Assembly (NCBI RefSeq): GCF_000143415.4
Contig: NW_003314313.1
Location: 80,418-144,417 of the forward strand
Reading direction: 5' to 3'
Source of the DNA: Selaginella moellendorffii
Taxonomy: Eukaryota; Plantae; Lycopodiophyta
Length of the DNA: 64,000 nt
Numbering within the stretch: position 1 is the stretch's first letter; the number at the start of each line of letters is the position of its first letter. Below, in pieces: positions 35,000 through 49,180 of this stretch. The notes under the pieces were generated by a model. The model ran no database searches and was not told where the DNA came from. It worked only from the letters and a program-made list of their open reading frames with translations. The translations under genes were made by a program, and so were the position numbers.

Positions 35000-37994
35000 C
35001 TCCCAGCAATCCGCCTCTATCCTTCGCTAGAACTGAGGAGAAGGCTCCGATACCAAATTGTAAGCCACAAATTTTTCCTTTCCACTTTGCCAGCTTACCT
35101 CGCCTATCCGTCCAACACTGCCTTGGCTTTTGCTAAGTTCCCTCGCCAAGGTTCTCGCCTATGGTACCAGCTCCTACTTGGTTTCAGCTACTCACTGCAC
35201 GAGCAACGGAGTGTTAGCCATCCTTCCATGGATTCCCAAATCACTCCCAATCCCCCTCCCCGGGTTAGACTGGACTTAAGGTTCGGCTACACTCCCCGCA
35301 AGCACAAGCAGCCAAGCACACCAAGCTTCCAGGTTCCTAACATCCCTTGGTACCACAAGACTTGATCATGGGACCCTCTAAATCCCAAGTCTTGAGTGCA
35401 ACGCTTGCTTCAGGACGCCGGGGCGAAACACCGTGGCCTAGCGGCCCGGTATGGGTACCTCTCGCCCCCCACTTCCATCCCGAAGGAAGGCCCAAGCCCC
35501 TAGGAAGGGCGAGGACCAATGAGCCGCATGGTACTCAAGTGGGGCACCACTCCACATGAGCCGGGAGCACCGCAATCGGTTTCCCTTTCGGGAGTGGGAG
35601 CTGCTCTTGAGCACTTCCTTGGATGGCCCCTCCGGCACCAGCCAAGTCCATGCTCACTCCCACCCAAGGCCCCTCGGTCCCAGTCCCAACCTCAAGTCGG
35701 TTTGGAAGCCCAACTGGAGAGTCCCTTCAAAACTGGTTCCTGGACCTCACTATCCCTACTATACTTTTGGAACCCCCTGCAGCCCCCCCCCCCTGGGAGA
35801 CGCACGCTTTGGGCTTTCACCCCTTGACCCGTATTAGTATTTGGACTTAGTCTCTGGCTCGATCTCGGACCCGATTTCGGATCCGACTTCGGATTCGGGT
35901 TCGGACTCGATCACGGACTCGATCTCGGACCCGATCTCGGACCCGACCTCGGACTCGACCTCGGACTCGGTCTTGGACCCGATTTCGGATCTCGGACTCC
36001 GTCTCGAACTCGGTCTCAAACTCGGACTCGAACTCGGTCCCCGAGTCGGTCTCGGACTCGATTCCGGACTCTATCTCGAACTCGGTCCTAGAGTCGGTCT
36101 TGGACTCGACCCTCGACTTGGTCCCATCCGATGAACTCTTTGTCACTTCGGTCAAGCTTTTGGGGATCCTTTAGCCTACGACATCTCGGGGAGTCGGTTC
36201 CTTACAGATAGCATGGTATAGATGAAGAAGGGAATGTAATGAAGATCAAAAAAAAATATAGCTCTAAGCACAACAATCACTAGAGTTCTAAATCTTGCAA
36301 AAAGCTAAACATATCTAGATTTAAAAGACAATGAAAAAATAAAAAACAAAAAGCACGATTCCGAACACTACAGCAAACCATTGCCAAAAAACTTTGCCCT
36401 TTAGGGACAAATTGTTGTGCCCCTCACCTCCGCCAATATGAGTGCTCGGGATATAAAAATAAGTATATTAATTGGGATTTAGACCCTTGTTTATATATAT
36501 GAATGGATGGATCAGATCAGTAAAATCATATATCTTTGTGTCTAAATAAGCTCTAAGAAATGTAATAAAGTTAAACAAAGGAGGTGTTAGGAACTATAAA
36601 TTAAAGTGAGTTTTTTATCTACCCATGGCAATTCATTCAGCAAGTCAAATCTAGCACCAACAGGGTCAAACGGTGTAATGCTTAGGTAACTTCCATGCAA
36701 TAGATGGCAACCCTATGTTGGCTGTATGATATATTGAATAATATAGATTTATATATAGTTAACACCAGGATTCAAACTCAAAACCTACTATATATATTAA
36801 TGGTTAAATAGTCCTCAACCACTCCCTCTTTCCCCTCGCCCATGCACATGCAGAGCATTGATAGACTAGTTTGAGAGTAAGAAATATAATTTCATGTATC
36901 TCTTCTTCTCTTTATTTTTATTTTTGTCTTTTGTTTTTCATTTCTGCTTTTCCAACTATAAGTTTCCTTGGAGTAATGATAGCAATGAGACATTTATCAA
37001 ATATGAATATTTTCAAGAGCTCATTGTTAACTATTTAAGTTCACACATATGATTAATATGGTAAAACTAGTACATCATCTAAAGAAAATCAACTAAAATG
37101 AAAGTTATTCTATGAGATGAATCACAATATTGAAGTTTGTACTTCATAAAAGAATTATTTCAGTATTGCAAGATGTATATAACTATTACTATTGGTAAAA
37201 TAGTGTATGGTATTGTGATACTATAAACTTGTATTCTGCAGAATCCTTTGTATAAAATGGTAATAAATATAGTAATATAACATAAAAATAGATTCTATAT
37301 TTCACATTCTGAGGTTTAAGTATATAGCTATGATGCATATACTATTATGATAGCCGTCAGATAGCCATTTCAATCTGAACCACTTTTTGCATATAAGTTA
37401 GGGTTTTTGGGCTCTATATATTCCATACACTTGAGATGAGGAGCACCCTTGATTATCCTTGATGAGTGTTTAGATTTGTGCTTTTGGTTTAGATGTCACT
37501 TTTGCATCGTCTCTTATTTTTTTGGTTTTCTTTTTTTTTTTTTCTTTTGTTTTTGTTTTTCTTTTCATTCATCTTTGTGGCCCTTTATAGCCTCTTCCTC
37601 CTCTAACTCTAAAATAGCAATTGATACAATTTCTTTTTATATAGTTGTAGTTGGATAATTAAATTTAGTTGATGGCATTGTTCATGATGCTATATACTTC
37701 CTTTTGCTCTTGCTACCAATCTTTGAATTAACTGGATTTCTTTTATGGGAATTTTAGGTATTTTTGATTGGATCACTTTATTCTGATTACCATTTTTCAT
37801 TCTTGAGATGATGCTTGACATTTGCATAAGTTTCCCAAATGCCTTTAAGGGACATAGTTATAATGGTATAATAATTTGAGCATAGCCACTCATGCGGATT
37901 GGAGCCTTTTTTATATGCATATTTAGACATACTAATAATTATGAATATGCCTTTTAGCAATTGTATTATTTCTATTAAGGCCATTTGAGTTAAT

Positions 37995-40907
37995 TATGCC
38001 ATTTAGCCTTTGCACTTTATCCAAGTGCTCCACGTGTCTAATCCCATGACAAACACCCCAAAGGCACCACTAACATCTCAACTTATTATACTAAGGACAT
38101 GTTTATTTACCTTTCTCTCATTGGTAATCCAAAACCACTTATATCATAATCCTATTTCTCTAAGATTGGGTCAGTTGTCCATGAGTGGTCATCCTAAGAC
38201 CACACCTTAACATCTTTAGGATGCTTGAAAACATAGGGAACACCTTTCCCCAATGTCCCTTCTTCAATCCCTACCAAGTCCTTTATCCACAGTCGTGCTC
38301 ATGAACACTATCGTTGAGTCAGGGCTTCAGAGCCCAACCATTAAGTCCCATTGACCTCTGGGACTTCCTCACCATGTGACCATGCTTTTAATCACTATGT
38401 AAGAGGATTGTTTTTCTTCCTTTCCACAGTTTGGGACTTTAGAACAACATTTTGAGACACTGTGGCTCTACATGAACCTCGTAGGTACTCTCCCCACCTT
38501 CTGCCTTTAAGTGCTTTAGCCATATAGCTAGAGCAAGGTTCTAATAAGCCATGCTAAGTATCTAAATAGGTAGTGCCACCCACACTTGGATTGAGAGCAT
38601 TAACAATTTGATCTCTTAAGGGAGTTAGAGCCAGCTCTTGAACACTTTATCAAGCTACTTTACTTTTCTATCCATATTCACTCTAGTTTTGGACTCCTTA
38701 ATGGTTATATTATCACCCACCACATGGGTATAACCTTCCTTGGTCACACTGGCCTTTCCTGGCTAAATTGGCTCCATGTGAAATACAAATCCTAAGCCCC
38801 AAAGTGGAGTAGAAAAGGTGTCATATGGTAGTGGTCAAAATAGAAATTTAACAAGCGTAACATGTTTGGACTAAAGGCTCTAACTAAGAAAGTCAAAAGT
38901 GGGAGTGGAACTCTAAATGAAGTGTTTGAGGGATGAGCGTAAAGCAATTAGTGAATGAGCTTCTAAAAAGGGACATAAGAAGGAACTAACACATGGCAAG
39001 TGTTGCGATATATGACTTCAAGAAGGAGTTTGAGATAGAGTCCGATATGGACCCAAGATGAAGTCTGAGTAGAGTCCAAGATGGAGTCTAATATAAACCC
39101 AAGATAGAGTCTGATATAGATTCAAGATGGAGTCTGAGATGGAGTCTGATATGGATCCGAGATAGAGTCTGACATGAACTCGAGATGGACCCAAGATGAA
39201 GTCTGATATGGATCCGAGATAGAGTCTGACATGAACTCGAGATGGACCCAAGATGAAGTTTGAGATGGACCTGAGATGGAGTCTAAGGTCAAGGCTGAGA
39301 AAGAGACTGAGATCGAGATAGAGAAAGAGATCGAGCCCAAGACCAAGACCAAGTCCGAGACTAAGTAAAGGACCAAGTCTGAGACTAAGTCCAAGCAGTC
39401 CGAGTCCAAGTTCAAGGGTAAAAGCCAAAAGCAATCATTTCCTAGACCCTTGGGCATTTGGATAGCTCTAAAAGTATAGTAAGGGGAGGACTCTAGTGGA
39501 GCTAGTTTGGCTAGGAAAGGCCAGTGTGACTAATGAAGGCTATCTCTATGTGGTGGGTGATGAAATAACTACTGAGGAGTTTAAAGCTAAAGTGAATATA
39601 AATGGACAAGTTAAGTAACTTGGTGAAGTGTTTAAAAGTCAGCTTTAGCTCCCCCGGGAGATCAAATGGTCGATGCTTCCAATTCAAGTGTGAGTGGCAC
39701 TACCTACTTGGATACTTGGAGGCTCATTGGAACCTTGATCTAGCCACATGGCTAGGGCACCCAAAGGTAAAAGGTGGGAAGAGTACCCACGAGGCTCATG
39801 TAGGGTTACGGTGTTTTGAAATGTTGTCCCAAAGTCCTAGACTATAGAAAAAAAGAGGAACAATCCTCTTATGTAGTGACCAAAGATGTAGTTATATGGC
39901 AAAGAAGTCTTAAAGGTCAATGGGATATAATGGTTAGCCCTTCAGGCCCTAACCCAATAGTAGTGTTGGCAAATACGGTCGGGGATGGAAAGGGACTTGG
40001 TAGGGACCGAAAAAGGGATGTGGGGAAGGTTGTTTTCCATATCTCTAGGCATCCTAAGAATGTTAAGAAGTGGTTTTGAGATGACCACTCATGGATAGAT
40101 GGCCTAATCTTGAGAGATGGGACTATGGCAGCCTTTACACTTGGTCCAAGTGCTCTATGTATCCAATTCCACGATCAACACTCTAAAGGTACTATTAACA
40201 TATCAGCCTATTACACTAAGGCCATGTCTATTTACCTTTATTTCATTGGTAGTCCTAGACCATCCAATACCATTTATAGGGCTAACAAGTCCCCAAGTCT
40301 AGAATAGAATTTATAGAGGTTGTGAGTGAGACTTCTCCAAGTGGTAAAAAGTGTGGTTTAGACTAAAGTAGAATGGAAAATTAATCACTTACACTCCACT
40401 AGAATCCTCCCTCTACTATCTTTTTAGAACTCACTAAACCCCCAAGGGTTTGGGAGACAATCACTTTAGGCTTTCACCTTTAGACTCGGATTTGGACTTG
40501 GTCTCAATTTTAGTCTCAGTTTCCATCTTAGACTCAACTTTGGACTCCATTTCGAACTCCTTAGATTTTATCTAAAGTCCATTTCAGACTCCATCTTGGG
40601 TCCATCTCGAACTCCTTCTCAGACTTTATCTCAAGTCCATTTTAGGTCTAACTCGGACTCCATCTTGGATTTGGTCCTGACACTTCCACGTATCATGTGC
40701 TAGTCCTCTTGTGTCTCTTTTCTAGAGGCTCACTTATTGATTGCTTTGTGCTCTTTCCTTGAGTACTTCTTTGGGAGTTTCACTCCCACTTTTGACTTTT
40801 CAAATTGACTTTAGTCCAAACTTGTTATGCTTACTTGGCTTCTACTTTGGCCACTATTATGTAGCATCCTCTCGACTCTACTTAGGCTTAGGGATTTGTG
40901 TCTCACA
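37995..40907 (-). mobile_element. Degenerate family B LTR, truncated at its left end, hosting an inverted B solo LTR
   Basis: Colinear with 52482-54293 on both sides of the nested copy; ends ...TGTGTCTCACA at 40907. Confidence 0.8.
38777..40393 (+). mobile_element. Family B solo LTR nested in inverted orientation
   Basis: TGTGAAATAC...CACTTACA flanked by TSD CTCCA (38772-38776, 40394-40398). Confidence 0.87.
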
Positions 40908-41245
40908 AATGGATACCCTTTACAAGATGAAGGATGTACTCATGAATGCCTATATGTACGATTTCAATTTTACGGGTAGGAATATACCTTTTTTCAAATG
41001 TATATTATATTTAAATAGCTACTAATCAATGGGAATTAAATTTGTGCCATTTTCTTTGATACCATATATAAGGCACCCTATCTCTTTCCTCTTAAACCAA
41101 TTGAAAAAGGGGTAATTATTTAATGAGAAAGCTCTTAATAACTATTTTATCACCATTTATCCCTTAAAGTTTTGATCCAAGTGACAGTATATTTAAATCT
41201 CATTCCATGATCACATGCATTACAATAATTAAGTCAGCCTTACAC

Positions 41246-41250
<5 letters not shown>

Positions 41251-41310
<60 letters not shown>
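41251..41310. repeat. (TA)n microsatellite
   Basis: Directly visible. Confidence 0.96.
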
Positions 41311-41315
<5 letters not shown>

Positions 41316-42109
41316 GTTGCCATAGAGAATGAAGCTCACCTTTGCTACATAACACAAAAGTAGATGGCAATAAACCAAGTAATAGAAAATAAACTCAAAC
41401 CCATATTACATATTAACTAATATAAAGAGGTTAATAGGGAAATTTTTGTCATAAAAATGACTAATGCCCCTTGATGATATTCCCCAAAAAAAGATAGAAT
41501 GGTCATTGACTTATTTGTTTAAGAACCCTCTATTACTTATGCAACTCCATCTTTAAAAGAATCTCTATGTTAAGACCTTTAATTGTAACAAAATATTGTT
41601 GACGCCAAGACCTCCACCTAGGAAATGAAGGATGTTAATTTGGTGCAGCTCAAACTCTCACCTGCAATACCAACGCGAATCACGTTGTGTCATGGCCGGG
41701 TCAAGCTGCACCAGAGCGTCTCCCATATAATCATGGTTGCCAAGAATTGCGGAGGAAATGTTCATGTAGCCAACCTTATAACATATCTAATGGTAAACAT
41801 CATGGCCAAACCATGTCCACATCCTCATTTTTCATCTCTTACGAAGTAAAGTTAAAGTATGTACAACTACAAGTAAAAGAGGTAATATTTTATAGTGTTA
41901 TGCTAGCTGAAGAGCATTGTTAAGGGTGGTGGGGTAAGTGTGTGCACAAGACCTATAAACTCTTGACAAAGTGATGTTTATAATATGTGCAATTTGATAT
42001 GCTCTAATATATTTAGCTCTATAGGAAGCAAAAAAGGCTTTAAAAGCAAATATTAACTCAATTAACTTAATGTTAATTTGAGTTAAATGGCCATTCACAG
42101 GGGTAGTAT

Positions 42110-44150
42110 ATCCCCAAATCAGGAATAAGACTTATGAAGGTTATGAGTGAGACTTCTCCAAATGGTCAAATGTGTGGTTAAATGACTAAAGTAGAATGAA
42201 AAATTTAGTCATTTACAACTTGGTATTAGAGTTATTTCTTAGTTTGACTTTTATTGATGGTTGAGTATATCACCATTTGTCTTGGCATTGGAAGGCCCTA
42301 GAAGTGGGCTTATCCTCAAGGAATAGCATGTTGAGATTTATATGTGAATATGTAAGCAATATGGTGGATAAAAAGAGGCTAATAGACAAACAACTTTGGG
42401 ATCTTGGGAACAATATAAAGTTTTCCTTAGACAGTTGAGGATGTGATCTAAATAAGCATTTGACTTAGTAAACTACTAATATGGTTATGGTAAACAACTA
42501 TAGTTGGGATCACGGAAAGAATGAAAACTCCGAGACATTAAAGGGATTGTAGAATTATTCTCGTATAGTTGAGGATGGTGCTTATAAATTTAAAAATAGA
42601 ATTAATGACTATGGGAGGTTAAATAGGGATGAGGACATAGATCCTTGAAATGGTAACTAAAGCTACTTTTAATAAATGTTGAAACAACCCAAAGAGTTGG
42701 GGGTCTACTTAGAGGATGAGGCAGTATTCTCATCATATAGATAAATAGTCCTAAGGGGCAAAGATAACCCATATAAAACAAAAAATAATTAAATGTCAAA
42801 ATAATACTTGTAAAAATGGTCCTTATGAGTAGGAAATGAATACAAAAAGTTGTGTTCTAGCAAGTTGGCACCTCAAAAGTAGCCATGAGGCTAGGACCTT
42901 ACAGGTCATCGAATTAGCAAAGTCCAAAAGTTAGATACTTTAAGTGGAATAAAAAAATGGTCCTAAAGGATTAGTGAAACCATTTAGACTAAGGTGTGTT
43001 GTACCTTACAAAGAATGAGGAGGATCATGAGATCTAAGTATGAGAAATGTAGGTATCTCATTGATAACAAAATATGTTATACTAAAGTAGTGGGAAAGGT
43101 CTTCTAAAAAAAACAACTTTGGTGTAGAGTTGTGTGTGAACATTATGATGTAGTGTTAACTGATAGTTGGCATGAGAAATTATTATTATAGTCTTAGTAA
43201 AACCTAGACATAAGTTGGAAGTGTTGTGAAGGTAGACTTATAAAGCCAATGGTGTGAAGACACTAAATGTTTAAAGGAATGAGGCCTTGCAGTCAAATTG
43301 GGTAGTTCATGAGAACCCTTTGCTAAAGGAATCTCAATAAAAACAGGATTGGTATAGCCTAAGCTAGAAAATATTATTCAAATATATGGACCCAAGTAAG
43401 GATAAAGGTGTGGAAGCACCAACAATGAGTTGTAAGACTTGACGATTATGACAAATGTTAATGGTTTATAGGATTGCATGAAATTTGAGTAACACAGCAA
43501 AAGCATGGTCTTGAAGTTTGCTATAAAGTGATGTTATCAAGGTTAGGGAAGTAGTCCCCGAGTGTTCCAAGAAATGGCTTTGAACAAAAGTTGATGTTTG
43601 AGAACTTTCACACTTATATAGAAAACCATGTTATGCTAGTTGAGTGACTTGCTAAGTGGGATTAACAAGTTAAAAGAACAAACACCCTAGTGAAAAGTGA
43701 TGACCTCAAAAGGGTGGCCCATGGGGCCAAGCATGGAGGAGTCCATGCATGATTATAGATTAGTCAAGTGAAAGGACTTGGAAGCTTTAAGGAACCAAGT
43801 TCCTAAGCTGTGATTCATAACACACATTGGATATAAGTTGGTGCACTAGCGTGGGAAGTCATGCCAGACATCCTAAATGATGTCATTCATAAATGCATAT
43901 ACAGAGGTTGGGTTTAAGTCCTAACCCTTTAGTTTTTAAGTTCAAGTTTCAACCCACTAGGGTATGATGATGGTTTGGAATATGACAACACTTAATTTTT
44001 GGTAATCATGGACTCTCAGTAAGGAAGCTGGTTTGGGCACACTACTAAGTGGGGGATGCCCCAGAGTCAAAGTGCACAGTTAAAGTGCTTAGTAAAAGCT
44101 TGGCATATCTATCTTGAACCTTTTGATGCAAGTAGCACCGAGGACGTGGT
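42110..44150 (+). mobile_element. Degenerate family B element: LTR 3' end, PBS and non-coding interior
   Basis: LTR end AAATTTAGTCATTTACA at 42217, then PBS-like TGGTATTAGAG. The interior has no ORF, but ~43845-44070 resembles the 3' UTR of the family A element. Confidence 0.68.
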
Positions 44151-45127
44151 GAATGAGATGAGGACACTCAATCTCAATTGCTATGGACCCTTGGCCAAAA
44201 GAATTGGCTTGGGTGCATTGCCAAATATGAAGGATGCCGTTAAGGTTGTGGTCAACAATTTAGAGGATTGGTAGATTTAGTGTTTATTGGTAAGCCTATT
44301 AAGTTGTTTATGAGGGATTATAAAGTGATTCCATAGTTGATAATCAAGGACAAACTCCTTGGTTGGTTAAGGAATAGTATTTCTAGTGATTTGAACAAAT
44401 GATATAGTATGACTTAGTTAGGGTGGAGGTAGTGATCTTATATTTTTTGGTGTAACAATCAAAGGATAGAAATAAAAGACTAGTGGCTGAGAATGGGTCA
44501 TGGAAATTATTAAAAGAAATCCAAATGACAAGTTAAGGCAAGGAACACGCATATAATGGATGCCAACAGATTGTGAGAAAAGAAATATATTTCCAAGTAA
44601 AGACTCTAATTTGGGGTCTAAAAACCATGTAGAATATAATGATTAGTCATCCAAACAATTTCTCATTGCAGCAGCAAACTAAATAGATGTAAAGATAGTG
44701 AAAGTCTTAGTGCTTGATAAGATGGAATGTAATTACTTTCCTTTCCCAGAATGAGTGATTCCAACTTAGGTTTTGCAAGATACTAAAATCCCATTGATTT
44801 GATTTCCTTTGTCTTTCAAACTTTTATGTGGCTAGATCCAGATATTCAAAAGCACACTTCCAGCTAGAGTGTCTTGTAGCATTGTAGGAGGTAATTGATT
44901 TTATAATGTTTGTAATGGGATTTGTAGTTATATAGATGGCTTCTAGGATATGATAGTTTCCTACATGTCTATAGTTACTTCCTCAAACACAGTAATTGTT
45001 ACTTTGATACTATTCCAACTTAATTTTTAAAAAACTATAAAGTGTTTGTTAATCGGAATTTATACATTAATGTGAAATACATTTCGTAAGGGTTAGGGCA
45101 TTAAAGGCATTTTGCAAAGGGCAAGCT

Positions 45128-46726
45128 ATGGCGCGAACAGAGCAGGAGCGCTGTGGATGCGTCACAGGTTTGTGGTCTCTCTTCCGACCAAAAAAGGCGC
45201 ACAAGGGCGACAACAAGGTCCACCCGGAAGCCATGGACGCGGCGGCCTCGAAGCTGAAGGTCCAAGATCGTGTCTGTGAGGCTGTCTCGGGAGAAGCCAT
45301 GGACGCGGCCGCCTTGAAGTTGAAGGAACTCAGGCACGAGGTGAAAATCGTCTTAGAAGCGATACGACAAGAGCGGCCGATCAAGCCGATCAAGCCGGAA
45401 CAAGAGAAGGAGGACGAAGAGGAGAATCAAGAGAAGAAAGTGGAGCAGCTGAAGGAAGAGAAGAAAGCCGTGCAGGTGACCAAGGAGGAGAAAGAAGCCG
45501 ATCAGATGAAGCCGATGAAGCTGGAACAAGAGGAGGAAAACGAAGCCGAGAAGCAGCTGAAGGAAGAGGAGCAAGGTCACAAGGAGCAGCCGCAGTTGGA
45601 ACGAGAGGAGAAGAATCAGCCGAATCAGCCGATCAAGCAAATCAAGCCGATGAAGCAAGAGCAGGAACAGGAGGAGGAGCAGCGGATGAAGCCGATGAAG
45701 CAGCAGCTGGAACAAGAGGAGGAGCAGACGATCAAGCCGATCAAGCAGCCGCTGGAACGGGAAGACGATCAAGAGAAGATGAAGCAGCAGGAGAATGACA
45801 AGCCCAAGCAGGAGGAGCAGCGACCCAAGCCAATTCTACTGCCAGCTGGGGGTCGTCGTCCAGGTATGGCTCCTTTTGCTTCTTGCATTCTTCTTCTACT
45901 GTGACTCACGATGGCCTTCTGGACTTGCAGGTTCCAGGCCGAAGATGGTTCGCTTCTCTTCCTCAGCGGAGGACATTCTTCCCGACGGCACCCGACGGCG
46001 GAGTGAAACCCATCTTAGCGATGGCCGAGGGGGATATGTTGAGTTCACGTATCTCGAAGCTCTCCACAAGGCAAACCGATGGCTAAACCAGAGGGGAAAA
46101 ACCGAGAAGAAGATCCGCAGCTTGGAAGGGGAAAAGCACGAGGAAACAGAAGAGGAGAAGTACGAGGAGAAGTCTTGGAGTGTTAGCGCGCTCCGGATTC
46201 TGATCAGACTCACCGAGCAGCTTTACGAGGAGCTCAACGGCAAATCTAGCGACCGAGAGAGGATCAAGCGAGCGCGGAAGATGATGAGGCTCCAGAAAAT
46301 GCTGGATAGGATCCCGAGTGAGAGGAAACCGTGGAAGAAGCTTCAGTCCGGCGAGGTGGTCTTCGTGAAGGAGGCAAAAGAACTATATGATCGTGCGGGG
46401 AGAGATTTTGTTGCCGAATTCAAGAGGAGACAGGTAAGTTTGATATACCTTCCAGACTCCAGATGGCCGTTTGCTAATAACTTCCGTGTTTGTTGTAGAG
46501 AGCTAGAGTGAACGATGAGTGTTTGTTTTGTCAGAACCATGATGGCGAGAAGATGATTGGCCGGGCTGGAGTGAACTCTAAGGCGACTAGACCCTGGGTT
46601 TACCTGAGAAGAGAACACGAGCAAACTGTTCTAAGCACGTCGAAGAAACGAGAAATGAAGCTGGCTCCAAGCTCGAGAAGTTGGCTGCAAGGATTGGTCA
46701 ATTGGAGGCCAGTGCTCGGACTCTAG
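45128..46726 (+). CDS. Uncharacterised E/Q/K-rich protein with internal IKPMKQ/EQEEE repeats (3-exon model, ~488 aa)
   Basis: Exons 45128-45863, 45931-46433 and 46499-46726, joined by in-phase GT-AG introns of 67 and 65 nt. The last exon is uncertain. No family recognised. Confidence 0.6.
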
Positions 46727-46729
46727 CAT

Positions 46730-49180
46730 CGGAGAAGCCAACTATCAAGAGTCAAATCCAGAAGATGGATCTCCAAGCAAGTTGAGCAGCACAGTAGGAG
46801 GCCACTAAAGCTATAGACCAGTTAAGTCGAGAGAAGATCGACCTTCTCGAGGACTCGACTCCAAAGATTTGCAGCTGTCCAAGACGTGAAAGCAGCGCGT
46901 GACGACCGTGTCTCGGGGCTCCAGGCGGAGACGTCCATCACACTTCAGGCGTCTAAACAGGCCAGCGACCAGCCTCCACACTCTTCTAAGTCAAGAGAAG
47001 ATCAATGGATCAAGTTTGACTACACTCTACAGTGTCTGGAGCAAGGAGGGATCTATCTTATCAGCTTTCCAGTCGATGGAGATGAGACAGGAGATACTGC
47101 TGCGGTATAATGTTCACAGCTTGAAGGAATAGTAGCAAGGGAATGACTGCAACGAGATGGTGATAGCAAGAATATGATATAGCTGAAGCTGCTCGTGACG
47201 GTGGGGGTATTTGGATTCACAGAGAGGGCTGCAGAGACTATAAGACAGACTACGCTCGACGTTCTCTGTCATCTGGTAGAGCTCTCTAGTTGACGGAGAC
47301 TTTGAAAACGGGTCAGGGCTGTCCAGGAATGCTCGTACAGCTGCTCGGATGAAAGTATCAGCAAAGAACTCAGTGTCAGATTGCTTCAAGGGAAATCAAA
47401 TCCAAAAGTTGGAGCGGGAAAACTCGGAGCTGTGGCCAAATATGCAAGGAAGTCGAGAACCACAGTAGCAGGTCACTAAAGCGTCAAGTCTGAGCTAGAG
47501 ACCAGTCTCCACAAAGTCGAGAGAAGATCAACGACTGGAATTGAAAGTTTCGGAGCTGTTCCAGATGGTGGCCGAGATGGAGAGTCGAAACCGGCGGTTG
47601 ACGAGGCTCCAGGTGGAGCAGTCGGCTGGAAGTGCAGCAGAGTCCATCAAACTTCGGCATCTAAACAGGCTAGAGACCCGCCTCCACACTCTTCTAAGTC
47701 AAGAGAAGATCAATGGATCAAGTTGGGCTACACTCTACAGTGTCTGGAGCAAGGAGGGATCTATCTTATCGGCTTTCCAGTGGACGGAGATGATTCAGGA
47801 GCGCCTGCTGCGGTAAGGCTGTCCATGATAGTAGCGAGGAACGACGTAAACCAGTGTCAGATGGCTGCAAGATGGCGAGAAGACGATATAGCTGAAGCTG
47901 CTCGTGACTGGGGTTTCAGATGGCTGCGGAGACTATAAGACAGACTACGCTAGACGTTTTCTGTCATCTGGTGGAATGAGGGAAGTGTTCGGACAGGAGT
48001 TCTTGAAGGAGAAGCCCCAGGGGATAATGGCTGACGGAGTCGAATCCGCTGCACGAGGTGGAGCTCTCGGTGAGAGCACGTCGAGAACAGGATGGCGGAG
48101 TTTGGAAGCGCAAAGGCGAGGCTGGAGAAGCAAGTAACTCGCAGCTGATGGAGAGGATCACGGGACTCGAGGCGCTGGAGGAGAGTGAGACGTGCCAGAT
48201 GCAAAGCAAAGCTTTGGTGAGGAGCTCTGAAGGATGAAGAAGACAAGCCGATGAGAGAGCACATGGAGCGCCAAGCTCCAGAGGTTTGATGGATCAGATG
48301 GACGCTACATGCGACAAGAAGGAGCATTTGGCTTTGCAGGAAGCTGTGTTTTTGCATGCTTCCGCTCAAGCTTCTCAGCACGATCAAGGCCTGAAGTGGC
48401 GGAAGCATTCCCTAACTATCAGAGGTTCTAAGCACGTTGAAGAAACGAGAATGGAAGTTTGAGAAGTAACCAGCTCTCGAGAGTCAAATCCAGAACAGAG
48501 GTGCAAGCCAAGTATACTGAAATCTCTGACAGCTCGAGTAGCACAGGGAAGCAGTAGCAAGCCTCCAAAGCGCCAGAGACCAGTCTCCACACTTCTAAGT
48601 CAAGAGAAGATCAACCTCTTCGAGGAGATATCCTCCCTCGACTCCAAAATTTCGTACATATCTTGATCGATCGGGAGATAGCAGATAATTTTGTCAAGAT
48701 CTGGGCTTCTCAAGCGGAGCTCGCCGAGACGGTGGCCGAGATCGGAGCAGTCAGCCAGCCGAGTGGAGCAGAGTCCATCAAACGTTGGCGTGGGAACAGC
48801 GAGATGAAGGAGAAGATGAGATGCCAAGACAGATCAAAGACAAAGCTCTCTAGTTGACGGAAACGGGACGAGAGCTTCAAGCTGTCCAGGATCACTCTTA
48901 CAGGTGCTTGGATGATAGAAGATGATGGCAAGATGATCTCGAACTCGAAGAAACTGCTTGTGGTGGTGGAGCCAGAGGTTCGGCTTGACAAAGACTGAAA
49001 AACGGCTGATGTTTGCCTCTGACATGCGGAGACTACAAGAGCTGGAGCGAACTCTAAGACGAAGCAACAGTCATAAAGACAGAAGATCGGACGAGTTTCA
49101 TGGAACGTGGAAGCTGGTGCAAAGCGATTCAGAGGTTCAATGGCCACCTTTACAATCGAGCAATCTGGACTGAGGGTACG
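46730..49180 (+). pseudogene. Tandem degenerate fragments of an unknown coiled-coil-like gene
   Basis: ~46900-47290 is repeated at ~47600-47975 (DQWIKxxYTLQCLEQGGIYLIxFPVDGD twice). The motif ctccacacttctaagtcaagagaagatcaa recurs at ~46975, ~47685 and ~48590. Stops and frameshifts throughout. Confidence 0.5.

Larger units (their letters stand above)
28675..36206 (-). mobile_element. Young full-length Ty3/gypsy chromovirus (family A, Galadriel-like)
   Basis: Two 1148-bp LTRs (28675-29822, 35059-36206) with only two mismatches spotted by eye. TSD GATAG, PBS TGGTATCGGAGC, PPT GGTGGTGGAGT. Clade call is an inference from Met PBS, chromodomain and gag motif. Confidence 0.97.
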
